Assembly (NCBI GenBank): GCA_963768055.1
Contig: CAVYGN010000001.1
Span: 704,001 to 768,000, forward strand
Direction: 5' to 3'
DNA from: an uncultured Spirochaetota bacterium
Lineage (GTDB): Bacteria > Spirochaetota > Brevinematia > Brevinematales > JAOACQ01
Length of the DNA: 64,000 bases
The notes beneath the pieces were generated by a model that saw only the letters and a list, made by a program, of their open reading frames with translations, was not told the DNA's origin and ran no database searches. Below are positions 9,221 through 19,268 of the stretch, piece by piece; within the stretch, counting starts at the first letter, position 1; every line of letters starts with the position of its first letter. A program made the translations under genes and the position numbers.

Positions 9221-10249
9221 TTACGCCGCAACCAACGATTCCTTGTTAGTCTTACTCGGGTTTAAAAATACCGATTCTATCCGTTCCCATTTTTTAGATT
9301 CTCCTGACCATCTTTCAGGATGTCTGCTTTTTGCAGCCGCATAAGTTTCCGCTCTCTTCAGGAGTATCGCCTTATCTTTACCTTCATGTCTCTGTGCTGG
9401 TGTGACATATCCGATCCCTGAATGAAGATGTTTATTATTATACCAGTCTACAAAATTTTGCATCCATATTTCTACCGATTCCATTGTCTCGAAATTGCCT
9501 GGGTATTTCACATTATATTTCAATGTTTTAAACAATGATTCTGAGTAAGGGTTATCGTTACTTACACTCGGCCTTGAAAACGACGGCATAACCTGTAACC
9601 TCTGCAAGGTCGCTAACATCGTAGCCCCTTTCATAGGAGAACCATTATCAGAATGTAAATACAAGCCTTTCAAATCAATGGTTTCTCCGATCTCTGCCAC
9701 CATTCTTGCGGCATGATCAGAGCTTTCCTCCTCGTGCATTTTCCAGCCGACTATCTTACGGCTCCAGACATCTTCGATCATATAGAGGTAGAAATACTTA
9801 CCTTTTATATGACTGGATATATATGTAATATCCCAACTCCATACCTGATTAGGACCCGTCGCTTCCAGTTCTCTTGGCGTTTTCCTTGCCGTTTTCGGCT
9901 TCGTTTCGTATCTATGGTGCAGCAAATCATTGTCCTTTAAAACGCGGTAAAAAGATGATTCTGATGCTATATACCGACCTTCCTCTGCCAGCATGGGCAC
10001 TATTTCATTCGGCGTCATATCTCTAAATCTCTCGCTGCAACAGCAGGAGATGATCTCCTCCCTTTCTTCGGCCGACAGGGCATTTGAAGGCATTACATTT
10101 CTCAATTTTCTTCTGTCTCCCTCAAGATTTTTATTCCAGCGCTGTATGGTCCTTATATCATAGCCAGATTCTTCACAAGCCTTATCCCTGCTGGCCCCTG
10201 TCGTAACAGCCTCATTAATCAAGGCACAGATATCTATGCGTATATCCAA
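9221..10249 (-). CDS. IS3 transposase OrfB (DDE)
   Basis: WSWDITY, HSDNGSPM, NDNPYSESLFKTLKY; probably joined to OrfA by a -1 frameshift. Confidence 0.95.
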   Translation of the reverse strand: MDIRIDICALINEAVTTGASRDKACEESGYDIRTIQRWNKNLEGDRRKLRNVMPSNALSAEEREEIISCCCSERFRDMTPNEIVPMLAEEGRYIASESSFYRVLKDNDLLHHRYETKPKTARKTPRELEATGPNQVWSWDITYISSHIKGKYFYLYMIEDVWSRKIVGWKMHEEESSDHAARMVAEIGETIDLKGLYLHSDNGSPMKGATMLATLQRLQVMPSFSRPSVSNDNPYSESLFKTLKYNVKYPGNFETMESVEIWMQNFVDWYNNKHLHSGIGYVTPAQRHEGKDKAILLKRAETYAAAKSRHPERWSGESKKWERIESVFLNPSKTNKESLVAA

Positions 10250-10254
10250 TGGAG

Positions 10255-10737
10255 TTAATCTTCCTCGATCCCGAACAGCTTGTTCAGTTTTTTTTTAAGC
10301 ACCAGCAGAGAAGTAACCTCGGCTATAGTTTTATCCTTACGGTTAATTTCTTTTTCTAACTCTATGATTTTTGCTTTCAAACCCTTGTTTTCTTCTCTGT
10401 ATGAGTTATTAGATATCACTGATAAACACTCCTGTTTCCAGAGTTCGATATGAGTCGACTGGAGACCATTTTTTCTCAACCACTGTCCTAACTCTTCTCC
10501 CGATTGGCTTGCTGCGTCTACTACCGCCTGATATTTATCAGATAATTTCCAGCCTCTCGGGCTTCTATCCTGGAATCCTCTGGATACATTATTCTGGATC
10601 ATTTTCCTCCAGTTGTAAAGGGTTTGTTCACATACTCCTATTTCCTGGCTCAGTTCAGATACTGTTTTTCCTCCTGGCATACACATCTTTTGAACGATAG
10701 ATTTCCTGAATTCCTCTGAACGAATTTGACTATTCAT
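10255..10737 (-). CDS. IS3 transposase OrfA (HTH)
   Basis: HTH QTLYNWRK, coiled coil, LKKK at the slippery site. Confidence 0.9.
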   Translation of the reverse strand: MNSQIRSEEFRKSIVQKMCMPGGKTVSELSQEIGVCEQTLYNWRKMIQNNVSRGFQDRSPRGWKLSDKYQAVVDAASQSGEELGQWLRKNGLQSTHIELWKQECLSVISNNSYREENKGLKAKIIELEKEINRKDKTIAEVTSLLVLKKKLNKLFGIEED

Positions 10738-10831
10738 TTTTTGTCTCCTAATATTTTAGGCGACAACTATCCTAACACACGGGGGGGGATAGAATAAAGG
10801 AAAGTCAACAAATAAATTTTAAGGGGAAAAT

Positions 10832-11197
10832 ATGAAAATAAAAACCCGAGAACAAATTCCCTCTGAAGCTATTGTTGAGCGTTATGGAGTTAATAAAGAG
10901 CTTGTGATTGGTGAATATGATGATTCTAACCAGATTGTATTAAGAATAATAAGTCTTGATGTAAACAAGTTTATTCCTGTCCATATACATGATTTTCCTC
11001 ATATCTGGAAGATTGAAAAAGGTCTCGGCTTATTAACTGATAATGATGGTATTGAACATAGAGTAGAGGCAGGGCAATTCCTTTTTATTAAAAATAATGA
11101 AAAACATGGTATTAGAAACATTGGGGATGATAAACTTGAATATTTATGCTTCGGGACAATTGAAAGCGAAAAAATAGCTCCTCAAAAAGCTGATTAA
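10832..11197 (+). CDS. Cupin domain protein
   Basis: PVHIH and HGIRN cupin motifs. Confidence 0.85.
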   Translation: MKIKTREQIPSEAIVERYGVNKELVIGEYDDSNQIVLRIISLDVNKFIPVHIHDFPHIWKIEKGLGLLTDNDGIEHRVEAGQFLFIKNNEKHGIRNIGDDKLEYLCFGTIESEKIAPQKAD

Positions 11198-11238
11198 AAA
11201 GATTTTTGGAGTATTAATGGTTCGATTATACTGGAGGC

Positions 11239-11843
11239 ATGATGAGTAATGAAATACAATCCTTCGGTTCTAATCCGACTGGAATAAAAGGAAAATTTAC
11301 TGGTATTTTAATGAATATTATTCATGGCAATCAATATAAAAAAATTATTAAAAAATACATACTGAATAGAGTTAATTCAAGAGATGAGCTTAAAATATTA
11401 GATATTGGTTGTGGGGGAGGAAAAGCAGTAAATATTTTTTTGAAATTATTTCAAAAGTGTATGGTATTGACCATTCGGCTGATATGGTAGCTCTTTCAGG
11501 CAAAGTCAATAAAAAAGGCATTGAAGAAGGTAATGTTGAAATAACTCAGGGTGATATAATTTCACTTCCTTATTCAGATAGATATTTTGACATGATAACT
11601 GCTTTTGATACTGTAAATTTCTGGAATGATTTTAATAAAGCTATTTCTGAAATAATAAGAGTATTGAAAAAAGGCGGGGCTTTCATTATAGTAAACGCTT
11701 ATCCAAAAGAAGGGACAAAATGGTGGGATTTTGTAAAATTTAAAAATGAAGATGAATATAGTAAAGCATTGGCAAAACATAATTTTACGGATATCAATAT
11801 TACTACCGAAAAAAGCACTATAATAATACAGGCTATAAAATAG
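11239..11843 (+). pseudogene. Class I SAM methyltransferase, frameshifted
   Basis: ILDIGCGGG in one frame; VYGIDHS..FD..IRVLKKGG in another; shift near 11440. Confidence 0.8.
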
Positions 11844-11849
11844 TCTATA

Positions 11850-11900
11850 GCTCTTCCCCCCTCTGCTTTGCCTGCTATGAGGGATGTGGGAGGGGATAAA
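11850..11900 (+). repeat. R intergenic element (hairpin form)
   Basis: gctcttccccc-ctctgctttgcctgctatgagggatgtgggaggggataaa. Confidence 0.85.
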
Positions 11901-12014
11901 AGTAAAGAATAAATTGATAAGAGAGTAATGTGGAAAATGAAATCTTAAAATATGGGTTAAGAGGGAATTTTACTTTAATAGGGATTTTTAAATAAATAAT
12001 TTTAGAGGTTATTT

Positions 12015-12548
12015 ATGGAAAATATTTATAATTGTATCAAAGATTTATTTATACCTGGAGCAGCAATTATAATATCAATTTTTTCATTAAGTTATTCGTT
12101 AATTTATTCAAAAAAGAGTTTAGAAAACTCTATTTTATCTGATTTACTTGAAAATTATAGATCTGAAAAAATGGGTATATATATAAAACGTTTATGGGAT
12201 TATTATCATGCTTGCAAAGGTGAAGATGAAAATAAATATGAAATTAATTTACAAAATAAATATAAAAATGATTATAAATTATTAAAGAATTCCCAAAATA
12301 ATAAAGAAGATCATATACACTATATAAGACGATATGTATCACAGTATTTTCTATTAGTATCTATTTATTATAAAAATAGACATTTACCAATAAAAATTAT
12401 AAAACAAATATGGACTTCAGATGATCTGTTGATATTAGAAAAAATAATAATACCAATAGATATAATAATACCAGAATTATTTGGAAATAAACGAATAGAT
12501 AAAAAAATAGAATTAATAAAAATATTTTATAACGATTTAAAAAAATAA
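12015..12548 (+). CDS. Hypothetical protein with N-terminal TM helix
   Basis: 177-aa AT-rich ORF, GAGG RBS. Confidence 0.7.
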   Translation: MENIYNCIKDLFIPGAAIIISIFSLSYSLIYSKKSLENSILSDLLENYRSEKMGIYIKRLWDYYHACKGEDENKYEINLQNKYKNDYKLLKNSQNNKEDHIHYIRRYVSQYFLLVSIYYKNRHLPIKIIKQIWTSDDLLILEKIIIPIDIIIPELFGNKRIDKKIELIKIFYNDLKK

Positions 12549-12568
12549 AATACACACAGTATTAATTC

Positions 12569-12624
12569 ATATAACATAGGTTATACACTGTGGTGCTCAC
12601 CACCAACGGTGGTTTATGTTAAGG
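12569..12624 (+). repeat. attC-like imperfect palindrome
   Basis: atataac..taacata / tatgtta..gttaagg with inner tggtg/cacca arms, 20 nt after the stop. Confidence 0.4.
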
Positions 12625-12715
12625 GTGGCTGTGCTCCTCGCTGAAATTGCTTTCCCTCCCCCATCTTTCATTTCCCCTTCATATCTTACGATAATTAATT
12701 CAATAATAATAGGAG

Positions 12716-13660
12716 TTGCCAGTGGTAAACCCGGACAATCAGATAAAATCTGAAACATCCCCATCTAATATTCCGGATAAAGATAAACCGGTTTGGTATC
12801 TTGCATATGGAAGTAATATTAATCATGATAGATTTTTAACTTACATAAAAGGTGGGAAATATCCCCTTTGGGGTAATAAAGAAGACCCATGTTTAAATAC
12901 AACTTCACCATCAGATAATAAATTATGGAAATTCAAGCATAAAGTATATTTTGGAGCTAAAAAAGGAGTCGCTTTTATTGAAAACGAAGAACAAGAAGAA
13001 GAAAAATATTTAGGAAGAATTTGGAAAATCACTAAAGGTCAATTTGATGAAATTCATGGAAAAGAAGGAAATTTGTATAAAGGTGAACCAATACCTATAG
13101 GAATATATGATGATGGTATTGATATAAAAACATTTACAACAAAAGACGAGTCAAAGATAATTATAAAAAAACCAGATCCTAATTATATAATAACAATAGC
13201 TATTGGTTTAAATGAAATCGGATTATCTGTTAATGAAATTATTGAATATTTGTTTACCCTCGGAGTAATTGAAGGTGAGTATTCTTTTGATGAATTAAAG
13301 AAAGAAATGGAAAAATACAATGAGCCATTAAATCACAAAAATAATTTAAAGGAGATGAAGATTATGCCAGGTAAAAGAAAAAGTGCAGAAGAAAGGGTAA
13401 AAGAACTTCAGCAGAAAATTAAAGACATTAAAGCAGCAGAACTATTAAAAGGAAAAAAGGAAGATAAGAAGTGGATCAAGATTGACCCAAAAATCGGATC
13501 ATTTGTAAGAAAAGCATTTCAAAACAATTTCGAGGGAATGACCCTTGATAATCTGAAAGCTGAAATAAAGAAGATAATTGAACCGAGGAAGCCTGGTGCA
13601 AAGAGAGGGCGGAAACCAGGCGTAAAGAAAGCAGAAGGGGAAGCTGAACAGACACAGTAA
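12716..13660 (+). CDS. GGCT-like domain followed by a basic Lys-rich tail
   Basis: VWYLAYGSN motif; C-terminal KRGRKPG basic region. Confidence 0.6.
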   Translation: MPVVNPDNQIKSETSPSNIPDKDKPVWYLAYGSNINHDRFLTYIKGGKYPLWGNKEDPCLNTTSPSDNKLWKFKHKVYFGAKKGVAFIENEEQEEEKYLGRIWKITKGQFDEIHGKEGNLYKGEPIPIGIYDDGIDIKTFTTKDESKIIIKKPDPNYIITIAIGLNEIGLSVNEIIEYLFTLGVIEGEYSFDELKKEMEKYNEPLNHKNNLKEMKIMPGKRKSAEERVKELQQKIKDIKAAELLKGKKEDKKWIKIDPKIGSFVRKAFQNNFEGMTLDNLKAEIKKIIEPRKPGAKRGRKPGVKKAEGEAEQTQ

Positions 13661-13726
13661 GTGGAATAAGGGAATATAATAAGCAGGCTGACTGGTATGT
13701 TTCTTTAAATATCTAAGGAGTTTTAA

Positions 13727-14398
13727 ATGGATGCTGAAGAAAAAGCAAAATTAGAATTTGAAAATTGTATTAAACTAAGAAATTTTGAAATAGATAATTT
13801 TTGGAAAAGGAGTTGGTTTTTCGGAGCATTAATAATTGCATTATATACATTGTATTTTAAATTATCTGGTGATATTTATCAATCCTATAAAATTTATGTT
13901 TCTTTTATAATTGTTGCAGTCACAATTTGCCAAAGTTTAATAAATAGAGGTAGTAAATATTGGCAAGAAAGATGGGAATTTAAAACCAAAAATAAAGAAT
14001 CTCAACTTGGGATTGATGTTACACTTACAGAAGGATACAGTAAAAACGAAAAATCATTAATTGAACACTGTATTAGACAAAAAGATGAAAATATTTTTTC
14101 AAGTGCACGCAGATTTTCAGTTTCAAAATTAACAATTTTAGTCTGTGATATTATTGCTATATCCTCTATATTTATTTGGCTTAATGAAGTAATCAAATTA
14201 TTAAATATAAAATTATTCTGGGATTTTCTAATAACTCATTGGAAAATTGTTTTGTTTCATTTAGGAATAATGCTTTATATCTTTTTTTTCTGGTTTAATG
14301 GAAAAGTTTGGGAACCATTAAGCAAAATAAATAATAAAAAAGATCTCAAAGAGTGTGATGACTATACACATAACCAAAATAAAGAAAATTATCTATAA
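13727..14398 (+). CDS. Membrane protein resembling the RipA/8xMP-type family
   Basis: RNFEIDNFWKR and NRGSKYWQERWE motifs (recalled), TM segments; AAGGAG RBS. Confidence 0.6.
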   Translation: MDAEEKAKLEFENCIKLRNFEIDNFWKRSWFFGALIIALYTLYFKLSGDIYQSYKIYVSFIIVAVTICQSLINRGSKYWQERWEFKTKNKESQLGIDVTLTEGYSKNEKSLIEHCIRQKDENIFSSARRFSVSKLTILVCDIIAISSIFIWLNEVIKLLNIKLFWDFLITHWKIVLFHLGIMLYIFFFWFNGKVWEPLSKINNKKDLKECDDYTHNQNKENYL

Positions 14399-14489
14399 TT
14401 TTATTAAGAAGTCTATCATCTACCCTTGACTTTTCTTTACCCCCTTCCCCCTTTATTATATAATACCCTATCACAGAGCGAGGTTTATT

Positions 14490-14758
14490 ATGGCTAAAAG
14501 TGCTCTTACAAAACTTGATCTTGTTGAGCTGGTTCTTGCAGATTCCGAGATCAAAGAAAGCAGATTATCCAGGAAAGAAATCTCAACTATAATTTCCAAA
14601 TTCATAGAAAAACTGAAGGGCTCTATTGAAAAACTGGGAGCTGGAGGCTTAGGCACATTCGGTGTTAAGCGTTTAAATTATATTACAAACATGAAGCAAA
14701 GGAAAGCTTATAGAAAATGCTTTAAAAGAAATGGGAGTTTTATCAAATATATGACATT
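14490..14758 (+). pseudogene. HU/IHF-like DNA-binding protein, degenerate, 3' end hit by IS21
   Basis: LTKLDLVE..SRKEISTIISKF..GLGTFGVK resembles the HU N-terminal half. Confidence 0.55.
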
Positions 14759-14858
14759 TGTCGAGGACCGGGTAGATTCCCCAGTGGCAGGGCCATGAGA
14801 TTCCCCACCTTTTCCTGAAAAATACCGTTCTTGATTTTAGAGAGAAATCATAAAACTT

Positions 14859-15605
14859 TCAAATAGTTTTCCCTTCCTTCCGGAAAGATTTTCCATCTTT
14901 GGATTTTACCAGGATTTTAATTGAGCCTGAAACAAGGCGGTCAAGCATAGCCCCTCCAATCACAGGATCAGGGAAGATTGCCAGCCAGTCCTCCGGAGGC
15001 CGGTTGCTTGTCAGAATAATGGACCTGTTTCCAAGCCTTTCATCGACAATCCGGTATAGGTATTCCGTTTCTTCATTGTCGAGTTTTTTAAATCCGAAAT
15101 CGTCTATTATCAGGAGGTCTGTTTTAATACACTTTCTGAATAGAGTATTCTTAAACATAAGCTTTTCGCTTTTCAAGTCTTCAAGAAGAACCGCGGCTTT
15201 CTTGAAAAGAACTGTGTTTCCTCTTCTGCAGGCCTCATGGCCGACTGATTTTGCAATGCATGTTTTACCTATGCCGGGAGGCCCGGCGATGACAACAAAC
15301 TGTCTCATATCCATGAAACGGCAGGACGCGATTTCACGAATAAGCCTTGAAGGGATAGCGCTTTCATTGAAATTAAAATCAAACCCCTCGAAAGTGTTTT
15401 CCTGGCCGAACTTCGCTTCTCTCAGCCTCTTTTTGAGCATGTTATTATCCCTCTGGCATAATTCATCCTGAACTAACAAAGAGAAAAATTCTCCATAGTC
15501 CAGGTTTGATTCTTGAGCCTCCCTGATCCGCATAGGAAGGTTGAATAGCATCCCAGGAAGCTTTAACCTCCTTAAGTTTGCCTCAAGCTGATTCTGATGT
15601 TCCAT
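14859..15605 (-). CDS. istB: IS21 helper ATPase IstB
   Basis: GPPGIGKT, LLIIDDFG, TSNR, LDRL. Confidence 0.95.
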   Translation of the reverse strand: MEHQNQLEANLRRLKLPGMLFNLPMRIREAQESNLDYGEFFSLLVQDELCQRDNNMLKKRLREAKFGQENTFEGFDFNFNESAIPSRLIREIASCRFMDMRQFVVIAGPPGIGKTCIAKSVGHEACRRGNTVLFKKAAVLLEDLKSEKLMFKNTLFRKCIKTDLLIIDDFGFKKLDNEETEYLYRIVDERLGNRSIILTSNRPPEDWLAIFPDPVIGGAMLDRLVSGSIKILVKSKDGKSFRKEGKTI

Positions 15606-15623
15606 ATTTCCTCCTCATTATCT

Positions 15624-17166
15624 CTATTGAAAGTAATAGCTGCCGTCCCTGGTCATTTCAGACCCTTCTTCTGAAATTTCAAACAGGGTGTCCTATTTAT
15701 CCTTTCCTTCATTTTCCATCCAGCTTTTGAATAGTTTGGGATCGGTTATTTTTGCCGATATTGCTCTTTCACAGACTTTATTAAAGTATTCTTCTTTCGA
15801 GAATGTTTCCATTACACTTAAGAACCCCAGGGCCCTCCGGCAATTCAGATTAGCATGAACAGCAAGGATTTGAAAGATCAACTGGTATGCGGCTTCTCCG
15901 TATTTCCTCGACTGGTCTAATAAATACTTGGGGTATCCCCCGGATAGCATCTCCCTTGTATTCTCCGGAAAATCAGTCTTTTCATATGCTGCATGTCCTC
16001 TTGGTACGACAAATTCCCGGATAAGTTTGTACTGGAAGAAGATCTTCACTAAATTGCCGGTTCTCCTGACAAAGACTTCCTCTCCACGATACCTGGGAGG
16101 CAGGGAATACCTCTTTTTCTCGAACTGGACAAATTGGTCCGGGTGTACCTTGGCCTTTTTCCATACGGGAGTCTTAAACCTTTCTTCAGGAAGCTTCTTA
16201 AGCAGGGGCTTCTCTATCGTTTCAAATACCTCTATTGGTTTCAAACCTGTTGTTCCATGGTTCCTCATCCCGTATTCATACCTGCACCATTCCAGAGCTT
16301 TGATGTTTAATTCCTTTAACGAGGCTCCGGGATTAAGGGCTTTAAGTTTTCTGAAAAGCTCTCTGGCAACAGGGACCATTCTCTCTATCTTGGCTTTATC
16401 CTTTGGTTTCCTTACCCTGCAAGGATCAAGAAAAGTATTGTAATACTCCGCATAATCAGCATATGCCTGATTATATTTAGGATCGTAAAGGTCCGGTGAT
16501 ATGATGCCGGTTTTCAGATTGTCCAGGGATATTCTTACAGGCACACCGCCGTAAAACTCCAGCATATCCACATTGCTTTCAACGAATGATTCCTGGTTTT
16601 GTGAATAGACATATTGAACAAATGGCAGCCTTGAACTCGACATTATTCCGATAAAAGACTGCACGATCTTGTTGTGCCCCAGGTATTCCATTGTGCCGGC
16701 CCTGCCGTAGTCAAGCTGGATCTCCTGACCAGGGTTAGTTTCAATCCGGATGGTTTCCTTTAATTCTTTAGCTGTAAGGCCGCTCTTTATCGAGAATCTC
16801 TTGAAACTTGTATAGCTTATGTCCAGATTATGCCTTATACAGACAACTTCAAAGGCTGTCTTGGGTTTCATTCCGTTTTTCGGGTCATTTATGAGCCCGT
16901 ACAGCTCATCTTTATATCGTTCAAGTATGCTTTGCCTTATTTTCATTTTTTGGAGGCCCTACAAAGGGGCGTTTCAGATGGAATTCTTCCCGGCTTATTG
17001 TTTCTCCCGCCTTTTCAAAGCCGTAATCGATAATTTTTTGAATCGCTAGTCGGACTGTTTTCCTATCCCTGTTTTCCTGTTCGGAAATTTCACTTATGCT
17101 TTGATCGGCTTTCCATCGTCTGTAAATGTCATAGTAATCCTGTTCGTTCATAAATCTGTACCCCAT
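15624..17166 (-). pseudogene. istA: IS21 transposase IstA with frameshift and premature stop
   Basis: HTH N-terminus (17166-16921) out of frame with the DDE core (QLDYG, DNLKTG, KAKIE); TAG at 15693-15695 precedes an in-frame ..TRDGSYYFQ tail. Confidence 0.85.
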
Positions 17167-17751
17167 CCATTCCCCTCCGGTTTTTTCCGGAGAGTATGTT
17201 TGATTTTTTAGATTCTGAACAGGAAAAGGTGGGTGGGGAATCTCATGGCCCTATTTTGCCTTTTTACTGGGGAATCTGGGTGGCCCCGGACAACATTAAG
17301 GAAATCTATATATGAATGGTAGTTATTTGTTTGTAACTCCTATTGAAAATCTTGTTTTTGATGATGATTTTAAGAAAAAGGAAATTAATATTGGGGATGT
17401 ATTATTTGTTAAAAGAAAACGATTACCTTATATTAGAAAACGTCTTGGTCTTAAAAAAACATTTAGTAAAATGACCTGGTTAAAAAAAGCAAATAGTGAT
17501 TTTCTAAAAAAAGCAGATGTTTATGCACTTATTCATTATACCGGTGATCCTCAAATAGTAGAATACAAATTCATAAAAAATATTCAGGAAGCCTTAAATA
17601 TTCTTTCATTTTCACAGTTAGGGTATTCAAAAAGACGCTCCACTTCAATACCAACAGTTTGGGGCATAAAAGATTTGTTTGGATATCATTATATGTCAAT
17701 CAATTTAGCAGATCCAAATCGGTTTTTGTCAAGGGAGTTGTCGCTTTTATT

Positions 17752-18780
17752 TTACGCCGCAACCAACGATTCCTTGTTAGTCTTACTCGGGTTTAAAAAT
17801 ACCGATTCTATCCGTTCCCATTTTTTAGATTCTCCTGACCATCTTTCAGGATGTCTGCTTTTTGCAGCCGCATAAGTTTCCGCTCTCTTCAGGAGTATCG
17901 CCTTATCTTTACCTTCATGTCTCTGTGCTGGTGTGACATATCCGATCCCTGAATGAAGATGTTTATTATTATACCAGTCTACAAAATTTTGCATCCATAT
18001 TTCTACCGATTCCATTGTCTCGAAATTGCCTGGGTATTTCACATTATATTTCAATGTTTTAAACAATGATTCTGAGTAAGGGTTATCGTTACTTACACTC
18101 GGCCTTGAAAACGACGGCATAACCTGTAACCTCTGCAAGGTCGCTAACATCGTAGCCCCTTTCATAGGAGAACCATTATCAGAATGTAAATACAAGCCTT
18201 TCAAATCAATGGTTTCTCCGATCTCTGCCACCATTCTTGCGGCATGATCAGAGCTTTCCTCCTCGTGCATTTTCCAGCCGACTATCTTACGGCTCCAGAC
18301 ATCTTCGATCATATAGAGGTAGAAATACTTACCTTTTATATGACTGGATATATATGTAATATCCCAACTCCATACCTGATTAGGACCCGTCGCTTCCAGT
18401 TCTCTTGGCGTTTTCCTTGCCGTTTTCGGCTTCGTTTCGTATCTATGGTGCAGCAAATCATTGTCCTTTAAAACGCGGTAAAAAGATGATTCTGATGCTA
18501 TATACCGACCTTCCTCTGCCAGCATGGGCACTATTTCATTCGGCGTCATATCTCTAAATCTCTCGCTGCAACAGCAGGAGATGATCTCCTCCCTTTCTTC
18601 GGCCGACAGGGCATTTGAAGGCATTACATTTCTCAATTTTCTTCTGTCTCCCTCAAGATTTTTATTCCAGCGCTGTATGGTCCTTATATCATAGCCAGAT
18701 TCTTCACAAGCCTTATCCCTGCTGGCCCCTGTCGTAACAGCCTCATTAATCAAGGCACAGATATCTATGCGTATATCCAA
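17752..18780 (-). CDS. IS3 transposase OrfB
   Basis: Protein identical to 9221-10249. Confidence 0.95.
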   Translation of the reverse strand: MDIRIDICALINEAVTTGASRDKACEESGYDIRTIQRWNKNLEGDRRKLRNVMPSNALSAEEREEIISCCCSERFRDMTPNEIVPMLAEEGRYIASESSFYRVLKDNDLLHHRYETKPKTARKTPRELEATGPNQVWSWDITYISSHIKGKYFYLYMIEDVWSRKIVGWKMHEEESSDHAARMVAEIGETIDLKGLYLHSDNGSPMKGATMLATLQRLQVMPSFSRPSVSNDNPYSESLFKTLKYNVKYPGNFETMESVEIWMQNFVDWYNNKHLHSGIGYVTPAQRHEGKDKAILLKRAETYAAAKSRHPERWSGESKKWERIESVFLNPSKTNKESLVAA

Positions 18781-18785
18781 TGGAG

Positions 18786-19268
18786 TTAATCTTCCTCGAT
18801 CCCGAACAGCTTGTTCAGTTTTTTTTTAAGCACCAGCAGAGAAGTAACCTCGGCTATAGTTTTATCCTTACGGTTAATTTCTTTTTCTAACTCTATGATT
18901 TTTGCTTTCAAACCCTTGTTTTCTTCTCTGTATGAGTTATTAGATATCACTGATAAACACTCCTGTTTCCAGAGTTCGATATGAGTCGACTGGAGACCAT
19001 TTTTTCTCAACCACTGTCCTAACTCTTCTCCCGATTGGCTTGCTGCGTCTACTACCGCCTGATATTTATCAGATAATTTCCAGCCTCTCGGGCTTCTATC
19101 CTGGAATCCTCTGGATACATTATTCTGGATCATTTTCCTCCAGTTGTAAAGGGTTTGTTCACATACTCCTATTTCCTGGCTCAGTTCAGATACTGTTTTT
19201 CCTCCTGGCATACACATCTTTTGAACGATAGATTTCCTGAATTCCTCTGAACGAATTTGACTATTCAT
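18786..19268 (-). CDS. IS3 transposase OrfA
   Basis: Protein identical to 10255-10737. Confidence 0.9.
   Translation of the reverse strand: MNSQIRSEEFRKSIVQKMCMPGGKTVSELSQEIGVCEQTLYNWRKMIQNNVSRGFQDRSPRGWKLSDKYQAVVDAASQSGEELGQWLRKNGLQSTHIELWKQECLSVISNNSYREENKGLKAKIIELEKEINRKDKTIAEVTSLLVLKKKLNKLFGIEED

Larger units (their letters stand above)
9189..10784 (-). mobile_element. IS3-family element, copy 1 (1596 bp)
   Basis: orfA/orfB with A9 run at 10288-10296; 4-bp target duplication gggg. Confidence 0.95.
14759..17292 (-). mobile_element. IS21-family element (degenerate)
   Basis: Ends tgtcgaggacc..gattcccc and ggggaatc..ccccggaca; 5-bp duplication acatt (14754-14758, 17293-17297). Confidence 0.9.
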
